A DNA stretch of 64,000 nt from Botryllus schlosseri. Taxonomy: Eukaryota. The position numbers and the translations under genes were made by a program. Of the stretch, positions 42,361 to 54,368 are shown in pieces (position 1 is the first letter of the stretch; every line of letters starts with the position of its first letter). The stretch covers positions 17,360,001 to 17,424,000 of the forward strand of contig CM119374.1 of assembly GCA_051294905.1 (NCBI GenBank), in the 5' to 3' direction. The notes beneath the pieces were generated by a model. It had not been told where the DNA came from and searched no databases. It was given only the letters and a program-made list of their open reading frames with translations.

Positions 42361-45300
42361 GTGAATGAGGCAGAAGCCTGGCTGGAATGGAAAAAGAAAT
42401 TCCTGATCTTTATCGATGCAGCAGGTCATGCTGAATCACCTGGGCGCCAGAAAGTTGGATTATTACGGCAATTCATAGGAAAAGAAGGAAAGGAAATATA
42501 CGAGGATTTCGTGTTTGCTGAAGCAGTCGCAGAATCAGACGGTGTGGAAGCAGTTGCAGCAGAAGACAAAACTGACCTTGATACCGTCTTGAAGAAGTTT
42601 GATGAACGTTTCAAGTTTCGGGATGGCAGGTTTGAAGCACACCTTCAATTCTTCCATTTCTTACAACGCAAAGAGGGTGAATCATTTGCATCTTGGGTAC
42701 ATGCAGTCAGAAAGGCTGCACGAAAATGCCAATTTCCTCCAGCAGTGTACGACGCAACCGTTCGGGCTAAACTTATTGTCGGGTGCGTAGATGATTCTGA
42801 GATGTTGTACAAGCTATCGGAAATCGACTTTGACAAGCTAACGTCTCAGAAGATTATCGACGTTGTGACTACACAGGAGACGAGACGGAGCTATGCTGAT
42901 CGGAGATCTGCACCTACAGCAATAGAAGCGGTGGCCAACAAAGCGAGACCTCAAACTTTTAAGAAGCCTGCAGTTGAAAGTGTGCCTGTAATAAACTGCA
43001 CATTTTGCGGTCGACGACACAAAAGAGGCATAGGGTTCTGTCCAGCAGCCTCAGTAAAATGCTACAGATGTGGTAGAACGGGCCATTATAAGGAAAGGTG
43101 CAGAAGTAGAAATGTACGCGTGCTGGATAGCGAAACGATTGAGGAAGAACCAAGCGCTGAGTGTTATGACGAGGAAGAACTTCCAGACGCAATGTGTGGA
43201 AGTGTGGGCGAAACCCAGGAAGCAGAAGCATCGGTAGGTTCAGCACAGGCTACTAAGACTATCCAGTGGACTATCATGTTGAGAGTCGTTAACAACACTC
43301 TGAAATGGATTGTTGACTCTGGAGCAGAAGTGTCTGTCATGCCGCGGCGATTGTACAAGAGACAATATGGGCCTATACAGAAATCTGATAGACGGCTCAT
43401 TGGAGTTAATCGACAACCTCTCAATACTGTTGGTTTTGTACGGATGAAACTCAGCTCCGACTTCAAGGCGTTAACAGAGAAAGTCTACATTGTATCGGAT
43501 GCGGATAAGCTACTCCTTGGCGCTCCTGCTATACTGGAACTTGGACTTCTTCAAGAGTGCCAGGATGTTCAAGTATCCATCAGGGCCGTCAAACTTACCC
43601 CTGAGAGTCGTTTGCGGAGCAAAGATGACGTCAAGAAAGCATACCCAGAGCTATTCAAAGGCATTGGCAAACTGGGAGAGCCGTTTACTATTCACATGAA
43701 AGACGGCGTTGAGCCCTTCTGTTTGAATTTGCCACGTCGTGTGCCAATCCCATTGCGCCAGAAACTCAAAGAGGAGATAGATAAGCTTGAAGAGCTCGGT
43801 ATCATAGAAGAAGTGACGGGACCTACAGATTGGTGTGCTCCAATCGTAGTCGTAGCCAAACCAGACGGAAAGGTGCGACTGTGTGTAGACCTAACCAAGC
43901 TCAATAATGGGGTAAAAAGGGAGCTGTACCCTATGCCTACAGTCGAAAGCACTTTGGGGCAACTGTCAAAGGGGACGGTCTTCACTAAGCTGGACGCAAA
44001 CTCTGGATTTTATCAAATTGAGCTCTCCCCTGAAAGTCGAAAGTTGACAACGTTTATCACACCGTTTGGGAGATATCAATTTCGTCGCTTACCACAGACT
44101 TGGACAACTAGAAAATTTTCAGCTTTTCTGAATTAGATTAGAATTAGAATTAGAGCTCCACAGTTTTATTCAAACTAGATTAGAATTAGAATTAGAGCTA
44201 CACAGTTTTTTCCAAATTAGATTAGAATTAGAATTAGAGCTACACAGCTTTTCTCAAATTAGATTAGAATTAGAATTAGAGCTACTAAGCTTTTTCCAGA
44301 TTAGATTAGAATTAGAATTAGAGCTACTTAGTTCGCAGAAACTTGGAAATTGAATGAAATTGTATATGGGAAATGAATACAGCAAAATGCAGTTCACATC
44401 AAATCACAGTGCGTGGTGCAAAAGGCCGTGAGGCGATAAGCACCACATATTTTTGTTTAATAAACAACAACAACAGTGCATTCCCATAACCATGAGAATG
44501 GTTAACTTCTGTACACCAAGCTTGGCTCGATTTTTACTATACTTTAATGAAATATTACTTCTTTTATGGTAACCGTGGGCATCGCCCATGTTAGTCAGAA
44601 TGGCGATGTACTAACGTAAGGTTTTAGAAACTAGAATGTTGTTCGCAGACTACAAGCTACTCTAGCAGGCTATTGTTCGTCATAATATCTACTATGACTG
44701 CACGGTGTAAGTAAGGAGATGGCGGCTTGGCACTGGATTTCCCTGCGCAAGAGGGATATTCTTTTTAACTCACTGCAATAGTACAATATGCCTCGGACAA
44801 AGAGGAATTTTCAGGAAAACAATAATTAGATTAGAACTAAAATGAGAGAATACGGACATTTCACAAATTAGATTAGAATTAGAATTAGAGCATAAGAACA
44901 TTTCACAAATTAGATTAGAATTAGAATTAGAGCACGGAAGCATTTCACAAATTAGATTAGAATTAGATTACTGGCATTTCGCTCTAATTTAGTGAAATTA
45001 GACAACTAGAATTATCTAGTTGTCCAAGTCTGGCTTACCATTTGGCATCTCGAGCGCACCGGAAGCGTTCCAAAAACGTATCAGTGAAATCCTGCAAGGA
45101 ATCCCAAACGTGATTTGCCATATGGATGACATCCTAGTAGTTGGCACTCAAACTACGCACGATGAGACGCTGAAGGCTGTATTGGACCGTCTAAAATGCT
45201 CTGGCATTACTCTAAATGAGAAGAAATGCATCGTTGCTGCAACTGAACTTGAATATCTCGGTCAGGTCATCGGCCAAGATGGTATCAGCAAAGATCCAAA

Positions 45301-47305
45301 GAAGGTGCAGGCTATTGTGAATTATGCTGCTCCTACTGATAAGACTGAACTTCGCAGGTTCTTGGGAATGGCAAACCAGCTCATGAAGTTTAGCTCCAAC
45401 CTAGCGGAACTGACCAAGCCGTTACGAGAATTGTTGGCGAAGAAGGTTGAGTGGTACTGGGGCCCGTCACAAGAGGAATCGTTTGCAAGAGTGAAACGCG
45501 ATCTGTCTTCCGATGTTACATTAGCTATGTATTGCCCAGACAGGGAAACTGTGCTCTCAGCTGACTCCAGCAGTTACGGCCTTGGTGCCGTTCTGATGCA
45601 AAGACAAGATGACAATAACCTTCGCCCGGTCGCATATGCCAGCAGATCAATGAGCGACAGTGAACAACGGTACGCCCAGATAGAAAAAGAGGCCTTGGCA
45701 ATCACTTGGGCAATGGAGCACTGGAGAGAACTCTTACTGGGTATTGAAGATCTGAAAGTTGAAACTGACCACAAGCCACTAGTGCCTCTGCTCTCAACGA
45801 AATCGCTTGACGAATTACCTGTCAGAATTCAAAGATTCAAAATTAGGCTGATGTCCTATAACTTTGCAATTTTCCACACGCCAGGAAAGTCGATGTACAC
45901 AGCAGACGCGCTATCACGATGCCCTTTGCCGACAACGGATGGCATCGAAGACACCGATCTTCACAAGGAAGCGGAAGCATGTGTGCGTGCTCTGGTCAGC
46001 GGGCTGTCTGCTACTGACCGACGCCTGGAAGAAATAAAGAATGCTCTTAAAGAAGACAAGACACTGTCGACTGTTATGACATATGTTGTTGGAGGATGGC
46101 CAAAGAACAAAGAAACTTTAAATGGACCGGTGCGTATCTTCTGGAATCTCAGAGACGTGTTAACAGTACATGACAATCTCTTGCTAAAAAGCAACAGACT
46201 CGTCATACCACCGCCGTTGCGCGAAGATGTTCTGAAGCACCTTCACCAATCGCACCTTGGAGTAACCAAGACCAGACAACTTGCAGCACAAGCTTGCTGG
46301 TGGCCGGGTTATTCAAAAGACATTGAACATGCAGTACTCAACTGCAACCGCTGTGAAAAGCATCGACGTGATCGAACTGAACCGATGATGGGGACCGAAT
46401 TTCCGACACGCCCATGGGCTAGAATTGCTGCTGATTTTTTCCAACTGGAGGACAAGTACTACCTTTTGATCATGGATTACTACTCCAGAGACATAGAACT
46501 GTTCTCAGTAAAGAAAACGATCTCGTCACGGGACACAATTTCTCACTTCAAGAATGTGTTCTCTCATCATGGCATCTGTGATGTCTTGCTTACGGACAAT
46601 GCTTCGGTCTTCGTTTCCTCTGAATTTTCTCAGTTCTCCAGAGCCTGGAATTTTCAGCACCTCACCTCTTCTCCAAAATATAGCCAGGGCAATGGCTTCA
46701 TCGAGAGAGGAGTACAAACTATAAAGGCCCTGCTCAAGAAAACAGATGATGTCTATCTGACGCTACTGAACTATAGAAACACGCCCTTGCACTCCGGCTT
46801 ATCGCCCGCCCAATTGAGCATGGGACGCAGATTGAAGACAAAGGTGATTTGTCATCCTGACCAGCTACGGCCACAGACTGTTGATGTCGAAGATCTTCGA
46901 AAAAGGGAGACGGAGTATAGACAGAAAATGGCTGCGAGTTACAATAAAAGACATCGTGTGGTTGAGAATGATAGATTCGGAATTGGAGACCATGTATACA
47001 TTCCTGATTGCGAAAGGATGGGTATCATCAAGGAGATGCATGAAAATCCTAGAGCGATCATCGTTGAGACGAACAATGGACTAATGAGGCGTAACCGAAA
47101 ACACTTACGGAAGTACAACCCTCCGGAGGAACCCAAACCATCTGTTCCGCATCAGAATAAACCGGTTGAATATTGTCTTGTAGCGTCGAAGAAACCAGGA
47201 CACCGTCAAGAAGCCAACGGTTCATCTGAACCTACCGGAGAGAATCCCGCGAGACGATCCTCGAGAATTAGAAATCCGCCACAACGATTTATTGAGCAAT
47301 ATTGA
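42361..47305 (+). mobile_element. Ty3/Gypsy LTR retrotransposon gag-pol (single frame, split by a MITE)
   Basis: CCHC knuckle CYRCGRTGHYKERC; protease VDSGAEVS; RT WCAPIVVV / LDANSGFYQI / HMDDILV; RNase H ADSSSYGLGAVL and EKEALAI; integrase HQSH...CNRC with ADFF / TDNA / IERGVQ (DDE). Domain order PR-RT-RH-IN. Confidence 0.96.
44095..45032. mobile_element. 938-bp hAT-type MITE inserted in the Gypsy RT
   Basis: TIR CAGACTTGGACAACTAGA...TCTAGTTGTCCAAGTCTG; perfect TSD GCTTACCA (44087-44094, 45033-45040); TTAGATTAGAATTAGAATTAGAGC subterminal arrays. A partial second copy lies at about 50480-50793. Confidence 0.93.
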
Positions 47306-47527
47306 TCACACACAGGTTTCAAGATCAGGGGCAGAATAATCCCCTAACCTGTTGTACACCTTGGGAGTAGTCTACCTCCCTGGTGACTCTGTCTGTTAAG
47401 TGCAAATGCCCTGCTCTTGCTAACCTTGCAGGGGTAGTGTCACCTTGTATATATTGTTATCGCTGCTGTATTGTGACTTGTATATAATGTAAGTAGTGTT
47501 GATGTCTCTTCCCCTAAAAAAGGGAGA

Positions 47528-47680
47528 TGTGGTGTTATGATATGCTTGATTGATCATGCGATGGGTTTCCGGATTGTTTTGATGACAGACAAGCATGTGG
47601 TCTGGGGGAATACACTTCGAGTGCGACTTGTAAAAGTATCTGTCTAAGTAGACAGCTAGAAGCTTAGTGATAATACTACA
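47528..47680 (+). repeat. 3' LTR of the Gypsy element (about 153 bp)
   Basis: Follows the polypurine tract AAAAAAGGGAGA (47516-47527); begins TGTGG and ends TACA. No matching 5' LTR seen upstream of gag. Confidence 0.65.
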
Positions 47681-48900
47681 ATCATCATCATCATCATCAT
47701 TGGTTTATTAGCAATTTTATCAGTTCAATACACCACAAAAAATGCGATACAATGAATAGACAGGAAGATGTCGAAGCGACTTGGATTTGTCAATGGAATC
47801 GGACACCCACCTTGGCCTAGGCGTAGTAAAGAGGAGGCATGCACACTGAATGGAAGTAAAGAATACAGTATAGAAAAAGAAAGCGACAAGAAATAGGGCG
47901 GCATGTCATGGGAAGCGAGATCGATAGGTCAGTCGTGGTCCGGTAATCTTGAGGATGGACTGTATTTATTTAGTAGTAATTGCTTGTATTTCGACTTGAA
48001 TGTGGACATGCTCGTCGACTGTCGGATGGCCGGCGGGATACTGTTCCACACATCAGGTCCGGCATATTTGATGGAGCGATGATCTTTTCGGTCGATCATA
48101 TGATATTTGGACGACGTGGACGCGCGTGTGTTGTACTTGTGCGCTTTTGATTCAGAGGTAAAGAAGTCATTGAAATATTCGTGGCAACGACCGCAGTGAA
48201 ACTGATACATAAACTTGGCGATTTCTAGTTTCCGCATATCTTCTATGTTTAGGACGCCGAATCTCTTCAGCAGCGACTTATTGGATGGGCAGCCAGGCCC
48301 CTTTGGGGCCCTAGCTATGATTCGGAGCACTTTATGCTGTAGTTTCTGCAGTGGCTTGAGTGCAGTTTTACTGGCAGCCCCCCAACAGAGGATGCCATAA
48401 TGTAACTTCGATTGGATTAAGGATTTAAAGAGTATCAGGAGAACCCAGCATGCTGGCATGAAGCGCCCAAGGCTGTAGAACAGGCCGCACTTCGGTGATA
48501 ATTTAGTTTCTAGGGACTGAATATGACTCTTCCAGGACATGTTCGAGTCCAGTAAAACTCCGAGATATTTGGCATTATCTGTGTTGGAAACGGGCTGACC
48601 AGCGATATTAACGGTTAGGTTATTTTTTGAATTGACTGTCAGCAATTGCGATTTCGAGGCGTTTATGCAAAGGTTGTTCTGGGCCGTCCACTCATGGACT
48701 TTGGGCATTTGGTCACCAGTCAGGGCATCCAGCTCTGCCGTCGAAGATGCGGAAGAGAGGAGGTGAGTATCATCAGCGAACAGTGTGGTGTTCAATGAGG
48801 AGGTTTCAAAAATGTCGTTGACATATAAGGTGAAAAGGACCGGTCCAAGTACTGAGCCCTGGGGCACACCACAGGTCACCGGGTGAGGAGAGGACAAGGT
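47681..48900 (-). mobile_element. 5'-truncated CR1/L2-type LINE with open RT C-terminal frame
   Basis: ORF 48897-47929: GVPQGSVLGPVLF, FADDT, KYLGVLLD, GPDVWNSIP; followed by a 3' UTR, AATAAA and a (TGA)n tail at 47681-47700. Confidence 0.9.
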
Positions 48901-49967
48901 GTCTGAGATCGCAGTCAGTCGATCTTTTATCGCAGGTTTTGAAACATGTTGCCGCGTATAGACTCACTTTAGCCGCCTAGCATTGAACGAATCCACAGAC
49001 ATTGCATAGCTAATTATCTGGGTGCATTTCTTCAGAGTAGACAATCTGGACATATTTGCAGAGTAAATGCTGGCATGGCAAACGTGGAGAGGGGACCAGC
49101 GTATAAATCACCGACTTGACAAAGCTGACTTCTGTAACTATTGGGGCAGGGCTACGCTACAGCCATGGCAGGAAAGAAGGGTTGATTGGTTTGCTCATGA
49201 ATGACCCCGAACGCCTGACTTCTTCTCATATCACTGAGAGCTTAAAGTGATAATGGCATCTGTGACGAAAAAGTTGCCGTAATTTTATACTTGCTCACTC
49301 ACGCAATGAAACATAGTTCGGTTCTCTGTTGGAAGGGTTTGAAGTTGTGATCGGACCAGTTGACCCTAACAAAAGTCATATCGATCACACCCTGTCTACG
49401 CCCTTAATTTACTTGTTATGATTTCATGCGACAATGTTATTTTCTTTACGGTTGGACAAATCAATAACTATTTCTCTCTCTCTCTCATATACCGACTTGG
49501 CAACGAATGCAATGCACGCTCCATGAATGGATTTACTTGCACCGCTGACAGATGCATATTCTCACAAAAAAGCAATTGCAAACTTACGAATGTGTTAAAA
49601 AGCATAAAAATGTACTAAATGCCCGTATACGACTGGCAAATAGGCTACAGAAGACTACATTTAATATCATACCACAAATACATGGTAAAAATTTTCTGCG
49701 GCCCGCGGCGTCTTTTTCTGTTCAAATGCGGCCCGTGATACAAGGAAAGTTGAGAACCCCTGATATAGAGAGAACCACGCGTGCATCGGAGGTAAATCGC
49801 GATTTTTTTTTAGATGACCGTTTCTTCGCGCCCCCTTCAGATGTTTCACGACCCCCCAAGGGGGCGCGCCTCCCAGGTTGAGAACCATTGTCCTAAATCA
49901 TGTTTCAATTTAGGTTTTAACTTACTAATTTGAGGGATATGCATAGGCCTACATAATGTCCGTAAAT

Positions 49968-50091
49968 CAGTGGTTCTCAAACTGGGGGGGAGGGGGTTGC
50001 TAGCATTTTGTGAAATGACGATAAGGGGGGGGAGGGAATTGTTTTCTATCATAAATAGGGGGGCGTATCTATAATAGTTTGAGAACCACTG
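49968..50091. mobile_element. 124-bp hAT MITE
   Basis: TIR CAGTGGTTCTCAAACT; perfect TSD CCGTAAAT. Confidence 0.85.
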
Positions 50092-50971
50092 CCGTAAATC
50101 GACATCGTGACTTCCAAATAGCTCTGTTTCATTTGTTGCATGATTAGTTAGTGCAACTATTTTGCTTGATTTACCAATCAAGGATAATATCCGAGAAATA
50201 TCAACGAAAAACTCCAATAACTCCGCTTCTACTAGTTGGAATTGAGTCAAATTTGTTTTGCATCGTCTCTGAAGACAGCTCAACAATTTCATGGGGTTGA
50301 CAGAAAAATTTGAAATTTTTTTTTTAATTTTTTTGTTTAAATTAAAAATTTTAATTGAATCTGCGGAGCCCTATACCTGTTAGAATTGAACCAAATTTGG
50401 TGTGAAGCGTTTTTTATGGTAACCTGACAATTTGATAAGTGAACGACTGGAATCCAGAAAAATAAGTTATTTTTGAACAGCCCTACTGCACGGTGTAAGT
50501 AAGGTGCAGGTAAGTAATGGCGCCTTGGCACTGGATTTCCCTGCGCGAGAGGGATATTCATGTTAACTCGCTGCAAAATGCCTCGCAAAAAGATGCATTT
50601 TCAGGAAAACAATAAATTAGATTATAACTAAAATTAGGGCATAGGAACATTTCACAAATTAGATTATAATTAGAATTAGAGCATACGAACATTTCTGAAA
50701 TTAGATTAGAATTGGAGTATGGAAACATTTGACAAATTAGATTAGAATTAGATTACGAGCACTTCGATCTAATTTAGTGAAAGTCCAAGTCTGCTCAGAA
50801 AATCGTCGTAGGATTATAGAGACTTAGGATTAATTTATATAGTCCCATCATAGCAATTAATTTACAACGTAGCTGGCATGGAGACTCCGCTTTGAGAACT
50901 AGCGATGTTGTGACCGACAGCACTACTAGCGGATAGGTAACATACTCATTACTCAACTCATTAGTCAGTAC

Positions 50972-52009
50972 CAGCATAGTGTCCTATATGGTGTCGACAC
51001 AAGCAAATCGCACGGTTCAATGAAATTGTATCACGTCACAGTTTCCATTTGGCTACAGGCAATTTGACGGAGATTTTTGACCGACTTGCCGAGCATCACA
51101 TTTGATAAAACGGGTATCAATCGAAAGCTGCCGCCGTACTGATTACGAAAATATAAATTTTATTCCGCTCGCGGCCCTGGAACCCCCACAATCAGCCTCT
51201 AATTTTTCATTGTTATGGAGATTGGCATTGGGACGCAACAATGCTGTCTAGCGAAACGAGACAGGTGCTCGAGAAAAAGGGAGCCAGACAGTATTGTTGC
51301 GTCTGTCGTTTCGCCAGACAGCATTGTTGCGTCTCAATGCCAATCTCCATAACAATGAAAAATTAGAGGCTGATTGTGGGGGTTCCAGGGCCGCGAGCGG
51401 AATAAAATTTATATTTTCGTAATCAGTACGGCGGCAGCTTTCGATTGATACCCGTTTTATCAAATGTGATGCTCGGCAAGTCGGTCAAAAATCACCGTCA
51501 AATTGCCTGTAGCCAAATGGAAACTGTGACGTGATACAACTTCATTGAAACGTGCGATTTGCTTGTGTCGACACCATATAGGACACTATGGTACCAGAGA
51601 TGAGCACGGATTAGGATTAGGTTTTGAAAAAACAGGATTTGTGAAATTTTGTCGGATTTGGATTAGACATTTTTTTCAGAACGGATTAGGATTTGGATTG
51701 GATTGACGTATTTTCTGGGAGATTGAAATGTCGTGTGGCGAATGGCGACAAACTTTATTCAGATCAGTTATTAATGTACTTATGGTTACTAGGTTATCTT
51801 GAATCAAGTGAATCGTTGGTTGTGAAAGAAAATTTTCAAATCATTCCATTGCATAAATTAGTTTTTTTATGAATTTCCAGTTGGAATCGGATTAGGATTG
51901 GACATGGACTTGAATATGAAAAAGTTATGGATATGGTTTTGGATTTGGATTTGAAGCTTCGGATTTGGATTGGATTAGGACATAGAAATTTCAAATCCGC
52001 TCATCTCTG
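50972..52009. mobile_element. hAT MITE with GGATT subterminal repeats, whose left TIR was split by the palindromic element
   Basis: Reconstructed TIR CAG|AGATGAGC...GCTCATCTCTG; TSD GTCAGTAC (50964-50971, 52010-52017). Confidence 0.8.
50975..51590. mobile_element. Near-perfect palindromic element (CATAGTGTCC family) with 7-bp TSD
   Basis: Arms of about 270 bp, almost exact reverse complements; TSD GTACCAG (50968-50974, 51591-51597). Confidence 0.88.
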
Positions 52010-52749
52010 GTCAGTACCAGTGTACCAGTGTTTATATAGCTCAGTGGGGTCAGTACTCAAACTCACTCAGGCAGGCTATCACTAGGTTTTAGCGAATAAA
52101 TTAACAATATGAAGTTATTGTTTCGCATTATTCTGAAGTTACGTTGTAAATTGCTATGGTCCCATAGTCTCTATAGTAGGATTCGGATCTCAATGTTGTC
52201 TCCAGTGGAGACGATTGAAGCGTATCCAATGTTTTTGTTTATATAGCTCAGTGGTCTGTTTGGCTACACTTCTGTGTTTCTTTCTATAACTAGATTATAA
52301 AATAGGGAATAATAAATAGCACAAAACCTTGAAAAGGGGAATAAATAGGCACATTGGACGTCCCATGATCAATGATGTCTGAACCTGGGAAGGTAGGCTG
52401 CGGTCCCTCCAGACCAGGGCAACAATTGGATACACCGAGGTTACCGGTACCTAAAAAGATGATATAAAATCGGGGATTGTATAGGAGTAGAAGAAGGAGT
52501 ATTGTATGCACAGGAGATAAGTCAGGTCTCAGGACAGGAGAGGAGATAGATCTAGACGTAACTAGAAGTAAGATTCACAACTCTCAACACTAATATGACT
52601 GCTCACTAGATCATTCCAATAAGTCAGTCGGTCTGTGGTGTGCAAAACGTTTGATTGTAGTATCGAGTGTCGGAGTGTCGAGTATGTCAGGACTGATAGC
52701 GAGGGCAAGGGTATTGATGATTAGTAAACACAGTTAAAGCAGCAATACT

Positions 52750-53575
52750 CCCCATCGGGCCATCGGAGAGAAGGATATACTTTGTCATCCAACTGTTTGG
52801 TTGCAGTCCGTCAGAAACTCGGTTCAAGACATGACTATTCATACAGTAAACTAAATCTACAGGCTTCATACCAGCAAAGCTCCAAAATGTTTTCCAATTC
52901 GACAAAGGCACGTATGGACATATTGATGAAAAAACTTGAGAAGTTGAGACAGAACTACCGGTTAGCAGCAAAATTGAAGTCTATGGAACAAGTCTTAAAA
53001 CATTGGAGGGGAAAAATATGACTAGTGAGTCGTGTGGAGAGATGTCGGAACAAAGATTTTTTGGTACACTTAATGTTTGAGTTATTGCAGCGTATGAAGC
53101 GAAAGCCTGGCCAAAAAGGATTTATATACACTAAAGACTAAAGAGCACAATTCATGCATCATTTGTTTTGTTTTAAACTAGACTCAGCTGATCAAATAAT
53201 CCAATCAAATTCTTATTATTCTCAAATCTGATATGGATCAAAGCCGACCACTAGCTTTGGTAAGGATCAAGTGAACTGAAGCCAGCAGCTGCAACAATCG
53301 CCGCCTTGTACATTATTATATGTAGGCCTACCTTCAAAATGTTTGGTTTCCATCTCTTTAATTTGGGATTTTATATTATGGTAACAAATATTTGCAAGAA
53401 GGCTAACCACTTTGCCCCTTGGCTGCCAATTTCCCCCTTCTATTACTTTCCTTTGCATCGCCTAGGCCCAAGTGGTGGGTGTCTCCAAGTCGTTTTGACC
53501 CCTTTCTATCTTATCATTGTATATATTGTGGTGTATTAATTAGATGCGATTTTTTAATAATAAACTAAACTGATG
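52750..53575 (+). mobile_element. Degenerate LINE 3' fragment
   Basis: Ends in AATAAACTAAACT; 3' UTR motif CGCCTAGGCCCAAGTGGTGGGTGTC is shared with the LINE at 47681-48900. Confidence 0.45.
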
Positions 53576-53712
53576 TGCGATAATTAACTCGGCTTTCGGA
53601 ACTCAGCACTTTGTATGTTTAATGAACTTGGTGAATGTTTCAGAACTTCCTACATTGAATGTTCGAGTTATGATGACTAAACTGATAATTTTTGTATTAA
53701 TTCTTCTGGTAG

Positions 53713-54368
53713 ATCAAGCTTTGTCCGGACAAAATCTCCTGAATTGACTGCTATAACAAGCTCCACGTTAACCGAGTACAAAAAGACAACTGTTGCACGA
53801 TGTTCCAGTCACGGTGGGAAGCCAGCTTCAAAACTGACATGGATGAATGGCACAACATCAATGACGGGATCAGACACTGTCGTGACGGTTAACGCATTTA
53901 AAACCTATCTGAATGACTCTCATAGAGACCTGGTAATAGAGTCTCTTTCTCGTTATGATCACAACCGAGTATTCTCATGCAAAGTTGAACACCCTTCGTA
54001 TGAGGCACCGAAAATTCTAAATTATTCAATCCTTGTCATGCACCGTCCGTATAACATTCGAATATGGGCCAATGTCACATCGAAGATTATCTATTGCAAA
54101 GCAGAAAGCTACCCTACCCCCACATACTGGCTTTACTGGACCTTCTCACTATATAGCTGGCCTGTTCGATATTCCAGGCAACGACATATTTGAACGTACT
54201 GCTGAAAATGGGCTCGGTCCAGATGTCTCTATTCAAGTGACCGTCGATGACCTGCGTTATCCTGACGGAAAACCAGGATTGACTAAATTTCAGTGGCGGA
54301 TAAGGGCTGTCATGGTGAGTGCAGTATTACTTGGCATTATAATCACCATCACACAGAGAGTGACGTGA
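53713..54368 (+). pseudogene. Immunoglobulin-superfamily (nectin/CADM-like) fragment: two Ig-like domains plus hydrophobic tail, with a frameshift
   Basis: ARCSSHGGKPASKLTW...FSCKVEHPS (C2-type Ig) then YCKAESYPTPTYW; frame change near 54130; FERTAENGLG (Arg where Ig domains have Cys); then IRAVMVSAVLLGIIITIT before the stop. Confidence 0.6.

Larger units (their letters stand above)
36912..49762 (+). mobile_element. Buster/Charlie-type hAT derivative (relative of 19794-21068) split by nested elements
   Basis: TIR CAGGGGTTCTCAAC; perfect TSD ATATAGAG (36904-36911, 49763-49770). Segments 36912-37300, 42075-42350 and 48900-49762 follow 19794-21068 in order. Confidence 0.85.
36723..49890. mobile_element. 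Outer hAT MITE of a 13-kb nested insertion
   Basis: TIR CA(G/A)TGGTTCTCAACC; TSD CCCTAAAT / TCCTAAAT (7 of 8 match). Confidence 0.75.
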
